Shown here piece by piece: positions 1-11,111 of a DNA stretch of 64,000 bases. Origin of the DNA: Patellaria atrata CBS 101060 (Eukaryota); contig MU006097.1 in the NCBI GenBank assembly GCA_010093705.1, positions 906,715 through 970,714 on the forward strand. The letters are read 5' to 3'. The position numbers and the translations under genes were made by a program. Position 1 is the first letter of the stretch. Each line of letters opens with the position of its first letter. The notes under the pieces are model-generated. The model saw nothing but the letters and a program-made list of their open reading frames with translations, was not told the origin of the DNA and searched no databases.

Positions 1-369
1 CTCTACGCCGACCAAGGCAAGCTGGCCGAGGCGGAGAAGATGTACATTCGGGCGCTGCAAGGCTACGAAGAAGCTCTTAGCCTCGAGCTTATACCGTTAT
101 ATTTACCAGCTTTAAACACTATGATTGCCTTTGGTGACCTCTTCTCGAAGACAGATCGGAAGTACATGGCGAAAGAAATGTATACTCGAGCATTGTCTGG
201 ATATACAGCCGTCCAAGGACCTTCGGAATGGTGTAGTAAGATCGAACGTCGGCTTCAGGCATTACAACTCACGCCGGCTGAAACCGAGAATCAATATACG
301 CCTACTACGACTACAACAGCCAGGAAAAAATCTCGTCTACAGAACCTTTTTCGCAGAATAAAAATATGA
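1..369 (+). CDS. 3' end of a TPR-repeat protein (kinesin-light-chain-type TPR, typical C-terminus of fungal NLR-like NACHT/NB-ARC-TPR proteins); 5' part lies outside the window
   Basis: Frame 1 is open from base 1: LYADQGKLAEAEKMYIRALQGYEEAL, then a second repeat LFSKTDRKYMAKEMYTRALSGY. Stop TGA at 367-369. Confidence 0.85.
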   Translation, partial: LYADQGKLAEAEKMYIRALQGYEEALSLELIPLYLPALNTMIAFGDLFSKTDRKYMAKEMYTRALSGYTAVQGPSEWCSKIERRLQALQLTPAETENQYTPTTTTTARKKSRLQNLFRRIKI

Positions 370-947
370 GTAGTGGTTGGAGCTCTAATCTCTTGAGGAT
401 ATAATCGCTGGAGGTGTTATACGCGGCCGGCAAAGATGGACATTGCCATAAAGGGGCTGTCACGGCTCTCAAATATAACATGACTGTTCGTCGCGCACAG
501 CCCCTCTCCTGGCTATTGAGGCTGGTGCCTTGGCACTTCGTCAACACCAAAGGCCCAACACGTAGCATAGCATTCTCCGTAGTAAAATTCTCGTTCAACT
601 CCAACGCTATCTTGCTAAGCACTGTTCGAGCTCTAATATAATGTTACTACCACCTTATAGGACTATGAGATTGTCGTAAGTGTAGAGAATGTTAGCATAC
701 GCTAATCGATAGTAGAAGAGCGTAAGGGAAATATTATAAGCCTATAGAAGGGCCCAAACCGATGGTCAAAAATAGTAGATAGCGTAGAGAATTAGAGCTC
801 GTAGAAGCTCGATCAAGACAGACATTCAAGATGGACCTATCAGTTCCGAGTTGAGCTACTGGTAGTAGTAGCAACCTTACCGCCGAAAACGTCTCGCGGT
901 CAGAGAAAGGCCAGTGGGATGCTGGCGGTGTGAGCGGCCTCTAGTAG

Positions 948-1020
948 TTATGTCAGTTTAGACTAGCAGGTTTGGTCTTTGGTCCATACTTATGTCAGTC
1001 TAGACTAGCAGGTTTGATCT
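948..1020 (+). repeat. 31-bp imperfect direct repeat, 2 copies (948-978 and 990-1020)
   Basis: ttatgtcagtTtagactagcaggtttgGtct vs ttatgtcagtCtagactagcaggtttgAtct; the copies differ by two transitions. Confidence 0.9.
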
Positions 1021-1026
1021 CTTCAG

Positions 1027-1256
1027 AATGGAGAGGAAAAGGAGGAAGAGGAGGAGGGGCAAGAAGAGGAGGTAAAAGAGGAGAGAAAGAAGAGAAGGTA
1101 ACAGAAGAGGAGGTAAAAGAGGAAGAGAAAGAGGAGGGGAAAGAGGAGGGGAAAGAGGAGGAGAAAAAGAGGAGAAAGAGGAGGGAGAAAGAAGACGAGT
1201 AAATTAGAAAAAAGGAAGAGGAGAGAATTTAAGAAAAGAGAAAGAGAAGGACAGAA
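1027..1256 (+). repeat. Polypurine (GA-rich) low-complexity tract with internal AAAGAGGAGGGG-like repeats
   Basis: About 230 nt made almost entirely of A and G. Confidence 0.9.
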
Positions 1257-2112
1257 TGATGTCTAAAATATTCGAGGAATATGAAGAATTGACGCTAATT
1301 CGAACTAACCGAATAAGGAACCCTTCGAGCTAGATGACTAATACTCGCTTCAACCTAACTAGAACAAAGGAAACCACAGTTCGCCCAAGCTTTCACGATA
1401 CCTTATTTGGCCAGTGGAGATGAGAGCTTCGACATTGCAGCCAGTTAATTTAGGAATATGTTCTAAGATACGCGTATGCTTCCTCCTCTTCTGCATGCCA
1501 TTGAGCAAAGACACCATGCGCCTGCTCAGCGCCGAGGAGCGTGAACTACAGAAGATTGACACTTTCGACATTTGGGGTCTCATTATCCATCCTCTTGACG
1601 TTACTTGCTAATCACTATGCTCTACGTACGACATTTGCCTTGCTCCCGCCATGTCTCTTCTCTCGTAATAGCTTTGATGTGCTTCCCGTCCCTGGCCACT
1701 ACCGGATTCTCACTGATCTTGTACCCTTTCTACTTTGAGATAACGCTTGTTATGAACGATACGTGCCTACAGCACAGCACCCAGTTTACAGGCGTTGGGT
1801 TACCCTTATGACAGGCTGGAAGTACATTAGGGATAGGGAGTGAAAGCAAGCACTAGGTATCAAGAGAAGACTGGGATGTGGTCATTGACCGGTGTCTATG
1901 AGATTGAAGCCGTACTTTTGTTTACCCACTAAAACCTATCATGAATCTACGAGATCGATACCCGCCTCCCTTCCACGCAATGAATGCAAACAGATATCGC
2001 TGAAGATATAAAAAAAAAAAAAAGGCCTCCCATGGGGGTGATATCGAGAGCCCCATTCCACCAAAAAAAAAACAACAAAAAACCAAACATCTCGGAAACA
2101 CACTCAACTCCC

Positions 2113-4609
2113 CTAGCTACCAGCAGCAGCAACCCCCATCCCATCCCACCCAACCTGCACAACCCACGAATCTCCAAACCTGATCCCCGCGCCCTTTCCT
2201 ACAGCCTTACTCCTTTCCTTCCGCCACGGCCTGTTGATCCCAATATCCGCGACCCAGATCTGCCATCCCTGACCCTCACCCGCCTGCAACGCCCTTACAA
2301 GACCCACCCTCGGCGCACCACAACAGACAATGAACTTTGCACGTATCTCCAGCGGTTCACCCTCCAGAATCGACGACTCTCCGGTCACAGGATGCGACCC
2401 GCTCGGCCCTTCGACTGCCAGCACATGAGCGCGGCTCTTATTCGCCCATCCGACCACCTCAACGACGACGGCTTGATCCGCCTCCCCTAGAGCATCAAAC
2501 TCCTTTCCACGTCCGAGTAAAGCGTCGACGATGAGCTCGGGCGGCGCCTCTAGTTTCTTCAAGTGCGTGCTGATTGCACCCCAGCCCTTGACCAACCCAC
2601 CAAACTTCCGGAATAGCTCAACCTGTCGCCTGAGATCCTTATCCCAGTCCGCACTCCGTTCATACCCGAGCATACATACCATGATCCGTATCCCGCGTGC
2701 ATGCAGATGTCGGGCTCCCGCTATTGCCCGTGCACCAGCTCGATGGTTACCCGCTAGCACGACGACGACGGGTTTTGCATTCATCGCTAGGTTCTCTCGG
2801 GCGAGACGTCGGCCACCAGGATTGATCGCCCGTAGCGCAACCTCCGCAATACCACGACCGCTGTTCTCTGCCATGATCTCTTCCGTCAAGCCAAACTCGA
2901 TTTCGGCAAGTTCTTCAACGGCCGTCATACCACCAGGTGTGATGGTAGGACACATAGAGTTGTCTGAGAGGACACGGAACGAGGAGTGACGGGCGTTTGC
3001 GTCTAAGAACGGCGATTCAGGAGGTGTTGGACGACCCGGAACAGGACTACCCGAAATTTGTGAGGAAGCGTAGGCGGGAGCGCGGGAGAAAGATCGAATG
3101 AGATGTGTGGTGGTACGTGGTTCCTCGTTGAGACTATTTTGACGATGTGTGTTACGTTTAGCTGAAGCGCGGGACATTGCTCGTCTCGAATTTCGTCCAC
3201 TATCCAATTCTGAGAAGTCGTTTTCTGATGATGTGTATTCGCTAGTCCGTCGTCCACTACTCTTTTCTAAGACATTTTCAGTTGGATGAAGATTCTTTCC
3301 TCCATATGTGCCTGGACGAGTAGGTAGACGATTGAAGCTGACTAAACGCTCCTCATCAGCAGTTGTATCTTCATTTCTAATTTGATCAAAGACTGAGCGC
3401 TTATCGAATTTTGATAGATTCTCTGCGAAGTCAAATTCAGGAAGTTCCTGAATATCCGTAGCATCCTCAGTTGCCCAACCATTTTGAGCATCTATTGCTT
3501 TCTGACGTCTGCTTTTCCGATTGCTTGAAACTACAGCTTGAAGACCCACTTTACCCCCAATTATACCAGGAGTTTTTGGAGAGTTATCTTGTAGCAATGG
3601 CGTTTGTCTCCATCCTTTGCCACGCACCGTGCCATTTACATTCGTATTCTTCCTCGTAACATCCGGAGAAGTCTCATCTACGGTTTCAGACCTATTTTTC
3701 CCTCGTTTCTTCTTCTTTCCACTTGACGTAGGCTTAATAGGGGTCTCCATTGGTTTCCCTGTTCTAGTTTTCGTAATACTTGCTCTTCGTACTGGACCAT
3801 CAAGAACAGTTGGATCATCTGAATCATCTAGAACATCTTCATCATCACGAACATTGAGCCCTGAAAAAGGAGCGGTGAGTGTCGCTTGAGGATCACCTTT
3901 ACGTTTGACTGATCCAGCATTAGATGGACGTCTTGGAACACCAACGAAAGGTGAGGTATTTGGAGGAAGAGGTACTGCAGCGGCGGACGCCATTAGTTTG
4001 ATAGGAGTTGAAGGCACCTCTTGGGGTGGTGGAGGTGGGCGAGTTGGTGCAGCAACTGGTGTGGGTTTTTTTCCAAAGCTCAGTATAGCAGGATCTACAA
4101 ATTTTTGTTTCTGTGTCGGTTTCGGGGTTCCTGGAAGTGGAATGGTATGGGAAGCTGGTGGAGGAGGAATTGATGCGGGTCTGAGCGCAATAGTTTCGTG
4201 TCGATATGGTCCCTGAGGGGGTCGGGGAGGAATCGATGCGGGACTAAGCGCGATACTCTCCTGTCGGTACTGCGGATGAGAGGGCTGAGGAGAATAACCT
4301 TCATGATTTTGTACAATATTTGGACGTGATAATGAAGGAATAGCAGGAGGAATGTCTGTTTCCAACTTGAGATCCGCTATTTGAGCACCTTCGACATTGT
4401 AGGAGTCCAAGTGGTGACCGGTGTTGAGGAAGATGACTGGTTGAAAGTATTAGTAGGGTAATAGAGAGATGTAGAAGCCTCAACTGACCATTACGGAGCA
4501 TCAAAGTCTGTGATTCCTGAAGGACATTCGCGACAAGGCCCTGTATGACGGTATTTGGCGGTACTTTGAGAGTGACAATCACCGTCATACCAATGAAGGA
4601 AGAAGCCAT
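2113..4609 (-). CDS. EDC3: Enhancer of mRNA decapping protein 3 (LSm, FDF and YjeF_N domains); exons 4609-4489, 4436-2113
   Basis: N-terminal LSm-like MASSFIGMTVIVTLK; FDF motif DIQELPEFDFAENLSKFDKRSVFDQIR; YjeF_N motifs MAENSGRGIA, VVLAGNHRAGARAIAGARHL, IVDALLG. 52-nt GT-AG intron at 4488-4437. Confidence 0.93.
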
Positions 4610-5130
4610 GTTGCGGCTTTGACGCTGGTAGAAACTATCCACAGCGAAATTTGCTTTTTTGTATCTATAGTAACAGTCGATAGGGAAGTGTTATGCTGTC
4701 TTCGAGTGAAGTATAATCTAAAGAGAGGTTATAAGTTGTCGTTGTCGCGCTTGATGGTCAACGCGCGCGCGGTAGCACCGGTGCATTTACATCGGAAATA
4801 AAGTTAGATACTAAAAACTGTTTATCGATAAGTTACGAAGTCTTGGCATGCTTAATCCATGTTCCATTGATTACAGTACTCCCTTACTCGTTATTGATAT
4901 GTATGTGATGTTGCTGACGGCTGTATATTAAAGTAATGTTATATTGAGGATTCAACATAATTTCATGCACTATTTATTAAAGATAAAATACAGACATAAC
5001 AGATTAGACCCAGGTACGCTTTCTGAATGTAAGCCCATATATTCATCAGGATAATAGGCCGTTGTAACTCCTAGGTCTTCCGCCAATACATTCATAAGTC
5101 CATAATAGACTTCCCCATGCTACCTTCACC

Positions 5131-7916
5131 TTACTGCTCTATAACTTGTTCCGCTCTTGATAGACTGGCGTAAAAGTTGCGTACCCTATCATGAGCAAGA
5201 ACCTTCTTTGGATCGAACCTCATGATTTGAAGTCCTGCCATCGAAGTAGCACGACTGAGAGCAACATATGCTTGACCCTTTTCAAACACCTTTCCGAGAT
5301 CTACCTTAACACGTTCGAGTGTTTGACCTTGTGCCTTGTGAATCGATAAAGCCCAAGCAAGAATAAGAGGAACTTGTGACCGTGATGCCTGAACTTCTCC
5401 ATTGGGCAATTCCACCTTCCAATCGCTTCTTTCAACAAGCATATCTCTTGTGGTTCCATCTTGGCCAAGAAAACGTACCAGAGGAAGCACTTGACTAGTG
5501 CTAGCTATGATCTCGAGCTTATTCTTGAATTTCTTTTGCTCCTCAGTAAAATCCTCTTCACGTCCATTCTGAATCGAGTGATATGTTTCTTCATTCGCCT
5601 GATAGCTGTCGAACATCTGGTGACTCATAAAACCCACAACTCTTCCTAGTGAGCCATTGACTAATGTTTCATCTATGTTTTTGATGAGCATGACTTGTGC
5701 TCCTTTCTTGAGGTGAAGTGTATCCGGTGCCATGCAGTTCTGTAGTAATTTATCACGAAACTTGATATCGGTCATCGAACCTCCATCACGAGCTTCGAAT
5801 ACTTTCGTCTCCCCAACTAACTGCATCATACGTCTATTGTTCGCTTGATCAACTTCTTGTCTTGTGGGGAACCTATCGATATGTTAGTAAGCCCAATAAA
5901 CGATACTGGGGAATGCTCACAGTTCGGTAGCTTCCAAATCATCTTCAAACTTGAGGGTTCTTTCCAACTGCCTAAACTTGGAGACAGACTGTTCACTAAG
6001 TCGGCCTTCCCTCATCTCATTCAACATGTTGGCAAATTCTGTTAAATGTGAGTTTCAACATAAAAGACGAGAAGAGTAACATATGTTAACATACCAGGAT
6101 CTTTTTGTCTGAATACATGATGTAAACCGATAGTATGTTCAATTGATGTATTCCAGGTTCCCGCATCGAAAGCAAACTTAGCGACTTTGCCATGGTCTGG
6201 TACTGGTGGAAGTTGAAAGAAATCGCCTGTAATAACTAGTTGAATTCCTCCAAATGGTCGACCGTTATTCTTCAATATGCGTGCAATATTCTCAAGTTTG
6301 TCAAAGAGCTCTCCATCAACCATAGATATTTCATCAATGATGAGAACTTTCGTGCGCATCCACCTGTGTTTTGCTTTCTGATTCTTCTTTATCTTCTTGA
6401 CTAGTTCTTCCGCAGGTTCTTTCCCTAACCCAATACCTGCAAAGCTATGTAAGGTGACACCACCTATGTTACAAGCAGCTAATCCAGTTGAAGCAGTTAC
6501 GGCGACCCTGTCGGATTCTCGCTTGTAATGCACGCGTAACGACTTGATGACTTCACGTAAGAGAACAGATTTACCGGTACCCGCGGAACCTGTAAAGAAG
6601 ACACTTTTCTTTTGATCGACAATCAAACTCAAAACGTGTTTTTGTTCCTCGCTTAGGAATATACGATGCACTGCTGTCTTCTTCCTCTTCGCAATTGCCT
6701 CCTGAAACGCGTCCTCGGACGATTCACTAGTTTTGATAAGTTTCTTATTGGCTTGCCGAAGATTCTTCTGTTGCTCTTTCAGCGCACTTTGGGTGGTATT
6801 CCACGCGTATGAATGGTTTGACTTATCCTTGGGTAAAGGTGTAAAGACTTGAGACGTCGGATCGGGGACCCTAGGTTGGGATTTGGGATCTACAGTACTC
6901 TGGGAAGATGGCTCCACTTTCACATTCTGCTCTTGCAACCATGGTAAAGTTCTACGTCGGCTAGGACGAGCCTTTTCCTCTTTGACAGTGACTCTTGCAG
7001 ATGCAATACCAGTAACATTTTTCTGATTATAAGCATACTGTTTGAATGTATTGTCTTTGGGTGATGTCTGAAGATGTTCGGTTGGTGAGGATGACCAAGG
7101 AAGAGGGACACTACTTGGTGGATCTTCGAAGGCTGGTTGTTGATCCTGAAATTCTGATGGACGAGATACTGGACGTGATACATATCCCGAATCATACGTT
7201 GCGGTCCAGTTATGAGTCTCGTGAGCTGCAGCAAGCGGTTGCGTGGGTGCGAACTTAGTCGATCCATTTCCATTGGGAACCGCAGGTAAATTGGGATTTG
7301 AAAGGGTTCCCTTCGTTGCGGGATCTTCTATATCAAGGTCGATATCACTGTCAAAGTCGTTTTCGTCATAGTAGACCGTACTACTGGTTGTGATTTGGTT
7401 CTTCTTGCTCGCTGGTACACTAGGCTTAGACGTTGATTCTACTTCCTGTCTCGGTCGCTTTGCATGGGATAGGTCTTCGAATGAGGCTTTTCCATCTATC
7501 GCTTTCGCGAGTCCACTCGAAGTTCTCTTAATGCCTGACTTGAGCCCATAATGTTTCTTCTGTTGGTTGGACCCACCACTAGCGTTTTGAGTAGCAGGCT
7601 TTAAGATATTACCCGAACCCGTAGATAACGGACGAACAAAAGGACGGTATAAAGTGGATTGATTTTGAGGTCCGGTAGGACTAGATGAGAGGAAGTGTTG
7701 AGATAAGCCTTGTTTTGTCGCCGTGGCCTGCTGAGTATCGACAGCCTTCTTGAACATGTCTTCCGTGGTGTAAGATCGATTCAATGGACGAAGGGGACTT
7801 TCGCGAAGCACAGATCTGGTAAAATGGCGCGTTTTCTCCGAAGTCAGGCGTGTGATGCTGTTATGGGACGCAGGGAGACGCGGCACCAAGGGTCGGGCAC
7901 GCGAAGCAACAAGCAT
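5131..7916 (-). CDS. PIF1: PIF1 family 5'-3' DNA helicase; exons 7916-6095, 6038-5921, 5872-5131 (alternative starts at 7973 and 7757)
   Basis: Walker A FFTGSAGTGKS, IIDEISM, GDFFQLPPV, VFRQKD, LKKGAQVMLIKN, QVPLILAWALSIHKAQGQTL, GQAYVALSRA. Introns 6094-6039 and 5920-5873 restore the frame. Confidence 0.96.
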
Positions 7917-8821
7917 ACAGCGTGCAAAGTACACCACAACACAAGAAAAAGCAATGAGATATAGAGCTGGCATGCCCTTGGCAATGCATAAGTGTGAATG
8001 GTGATGGTGGATGCGAAGTAGTGAAGTCAGTGGAGTTCAAAAGTCCCAAACAGTAGACGCATCGACCCATCCGGAGACGCGACGGTGCCAAGATCCCTAC
8101 CTTTTTGCCCCACCGCACGTCTTATGGTACTTCAAAGGTACAGGCCGTGCAAAGATTTTCAACATCAACAATCGAAGTTAGAATTCCTAAGGTTCAGCCT
8201 CACAATTCAGACAATGGTATCTCGAGTCGGTCCGCCCAAAAGGGATATGGCTAGTTTGGATGGATAACGTGATATGTGGATTATGGACTACCGTACAGAT
8301 ACATTGGGGATATGATAATTAAACAGTTTATCGCTCATACATAAAATCTTGATTATGAGTCAACTATAGTCGTGAGATATGATTATCTGCATTCTCCGAG
8401 TATCTGTCGAATCTGCAATTACCCTATGTCATACTAATCACAACCATCCTCAATCTCTGAATAGAGCAGATCGCTTTTAACCCCCAATATGCTGTAAGAA
8501 CAATAGACGATCCCACTCCCATTTACTATACGTAGATCATATATGGAATGGTGAAAGAAACCATCAACCGATAACTAGAGGTATAGGAAGGGCTGCATCG
8601 ACGGTATAGGAATAGACGAAAATCCAAAATTCAAGGCTATGCAAGCACGATACAAGTCATAACACGCTATGACGATTGTAGACACGTAAGCAAGGGGGAT
8701 GGAGAGTAGAGTAATAAGGCTCCACATGGGATCGAGTAAGGAATCAGGGCCATTTGAACTGTAAGTAAGGAGATTCATTACATGCCCAAACAGTAAAGAC
8801 ACACCAGCAGGTAAAGTGGGG

Positions 8822-8850
8822 AAAAAAAAAAAAAAAGAAAAAAAAAAAAC
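8822..8850 (-). repeat. Poly-U tract in the predicted PUB1 3' UTR (two A runs split by one G on the plus strand)
   Basis: Near-homopolymer about 360 nt downstream of the PUB1 stop codon. Confidence 0.75.
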
Positions 8851-9209
8851 CTGCTTGCTACTCCAGCTTTTGCAGATAAAAGAGCAGAAGGTAGCAATAA
8901 GATGACGGCAATAGTCTTGATAATAAAAAGGAACTGTTATACTAGAACAAACTGCAACCCTACAAGTTCGCTTATCCAAACAAAGCAGCAACCGCTCTTG
9001 TACCCCATGCATAGTCGATCTGAAAAGGTAACCCAAGACCCCACGCATGAAAGTGAACAGTTCTAGGAAATTTTGATGAGCTGGGAGAAAGTCATACCAT
9101 CCTAGACATTTCACCTGACATGAGAGATACGGACAGAGATAAAGACCACACAGAAGACATGAATGAGGTAGGCAAGTACGAGACTATCGACATGTCGTAA
9201 ACGAATGGA

Positions 9210-11111
9210 CTAGCCCTGGTAACCACCAAAGCCGTTATTGAAGTTCTGGGTATTGGCGGGAGACCACTGCTGAGGAGGCTGATTAGGGCGGTTAAAGCCA
9301 CCAGCACTTCCAGGCATCTGTTGGTAGGGCTGACCGATACCAGGGTTGCCGAAGTTACCCTGGTTCTGGTTGAACGGTTGACCTCCAGGGCTGGGACCTT
9401 GATTGAGGTTAGCTTAAGAAAAAAGTAAATGCTTCAAAGTATTTATCCTTACCTTGTGGAGACATCGGTCCACCTGGACCTCCATATTGAGGGAAGAATG
9501 CAGATGGGGTCTGGGGATATGCCGAGTTTGGACCTTGAGCGGGAGAATAACCACCATCGAATTGTCCGGTTGGTGGACGATCCTTGCCCCACTAGATACG
9601 CGAATGTTAGTTTGATTCTGTACGACGATTGAATCGGTGATTACGTACACTACATTTGAGAGGACGACCGTTGACATTATAACCACTGAGTTGACAGATG
9701 GCATTGGCAGCATTTTCGTGAGTATCCATCTTGATGAATGCAAATCCGCGGTCGGACTGGAAGCGAGTCTCTACGACATAACCGAAGTTTTGGAACAGAG
9801 GTACGAGGTCGGTTTGGGTCGTGTATGGCGTGAGGTTTCCGACATAACAGGTAGTTTGCCATTGAGGAGTCTGACTCACGATCATCTCGTAGCTTTGGAT
9901 ACCGTGGGTTGGGAAATGATGATGGCCATACGGCGTGGTTGGAGTCATTCCCATAGATGCCATCGCTTGCTGTTGGGAAATCGAAGGTTGGCCCTTCTGA
10001 TTTGCCCAGTTGCAACGAATGGCACGGGAACCCAGCCACTCTCCGTCCATGGAGCTCAATGCTTTCTCCGCGTCGTTGCGATCTTTGAACGCGACGAAAC
10101 CGTAACCACGGGAACGGCCGGTCTTCATATCCCACATAACACGCGCCTCAGATACTGCGCCGAAAGCAGAGAAAGCTTGAAGAAGAACTTCGTCGTTCAC
10201 TTCGTTGGAAAGATCTCCAACAAAGATATGGAAGTGGCTCGAGGTGTCTTCTTTGGTCGTGTTGTTGGACTGGTAAGCCCAGTTGACTCGAATTTCCTAT
10301 CAATCGCGTTAGTGCAAGCCGACGCGGCTTGGGAATAAAGTGCGAGATAACGTACCGATTGATGAATGCGTCTACCATTAAGAGTCTGCATGGCTCTCTC
10401 GGCTGCGCCCGGATCGTCGTATTCGATAAAGCCGTAGTTGAAACCCTTCGACTGGACCTTGGTTGTGTTGATTAGCATGAGTCAAGAAAAAAAAAAATTT
10501 CGGTTGTAAGAATATAAATCGAACGACGCAGTAATGAGTCAGCAAACGATTTTCAATGTGAAAAAACGTGACAAAAGTTACTTGTGCAAACAAGTCCACG
10601 GAGAAAAAAAAAACCGAGGGGTAATCTTGACTTTTAGACGGGAATCAAGGGCGTCATTCTCTATACAGCTTTTGCGGTTTGATATCGCGTCCAAGAATTT
10701 CCTTAATGATCCCATCCGATCTGAGAAGAAAAATTCACAAATATGTGGTGGACTTACGTTCTTGTCTGGAATAATCTTCACATTCTGAACATGGCCTGTC
10801 GTTTCAAAAATCTGGCGCAGAACTTCTTCTGTCACCCTCGGGTCCAGTCCACCAACATATAGGGCCCTCTTGTTCGGCTCGGGAGCGGCGCGACGTACGG
10901 TGCCTCCAGCGCTCATTGGGGAGTTGACGCCTCCGGACAATGGGGAAGTGATAGCGGTAGGGATAGGATTGGTATTCTGGGGGATGACCATTGGAGGCAA
11001 CTGAGGTGGCCCCATGTTGCTGCCCTGACCGTTGTTCTGATTGGAACCGTCGTAGCCTGGGATGTTTCCAGACGGAGGAGGTGGGAGTGATGATGGTGCC
11101 TGTTCAGCCAT
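9210..11111 (-). CDS. PUB1: Pub1/TIA-1-like poly(U) RNA-binding protein with 3 RRMs and a Q/N/G/P-rich tail; exons 11111-10758, 10458(or 10452)-10356, 10296-9649, 9591-9453, 9397-9210
   Basis: RRM1 ALYVGGLDPRVTEEVL / NYGFIEY; RRM2 HFHIFVGDLSNEV / SRGYGFVAF; RRM3 TTCYVGNL / RGFAFIKM / RPLKCSWGK. Four introns give a continuous frame ending GFGGYQG*. Confidence 0.95.

Larger units (their letters stand above)
370..1920. pseudogene. Degenerate, probably RIP-mutated relic of a gene or element (identity not determined)
   Basis: TpA/TAG-rich by eye at ~600-1000. Protein-like plus-strand frames are broken by TAA/TGA where Gln/Trp would fit (QFAQAFTIPYLASGDESFDIAAS*FRNMF*DTRMLPP; VPFLL*DNACYERY...IRDRE*KQALG). 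No intact ORF. Confidence 0.4.

Noticed and set aside
972..1202. 76-aa E/K/G-rich ORF
   Set aside because: Product of the polypurine tract with a non-ATG start; not supportable as an intact gene.
8575..9114. 179-aa hydrophobic minus-strand ORF after PUB1
   Set aside because: Lies in the U-rich 3' UTR; the poly-Phe comes from the homopolymer.
9637..10338. 233-aa ORF antisense to PUB1 (and similar antisense ORFs over EDC3, AMS2 and the transglutaminase-like gene)
   Set aside because: Mirror frames of well-supported genes with no independent coding signal.
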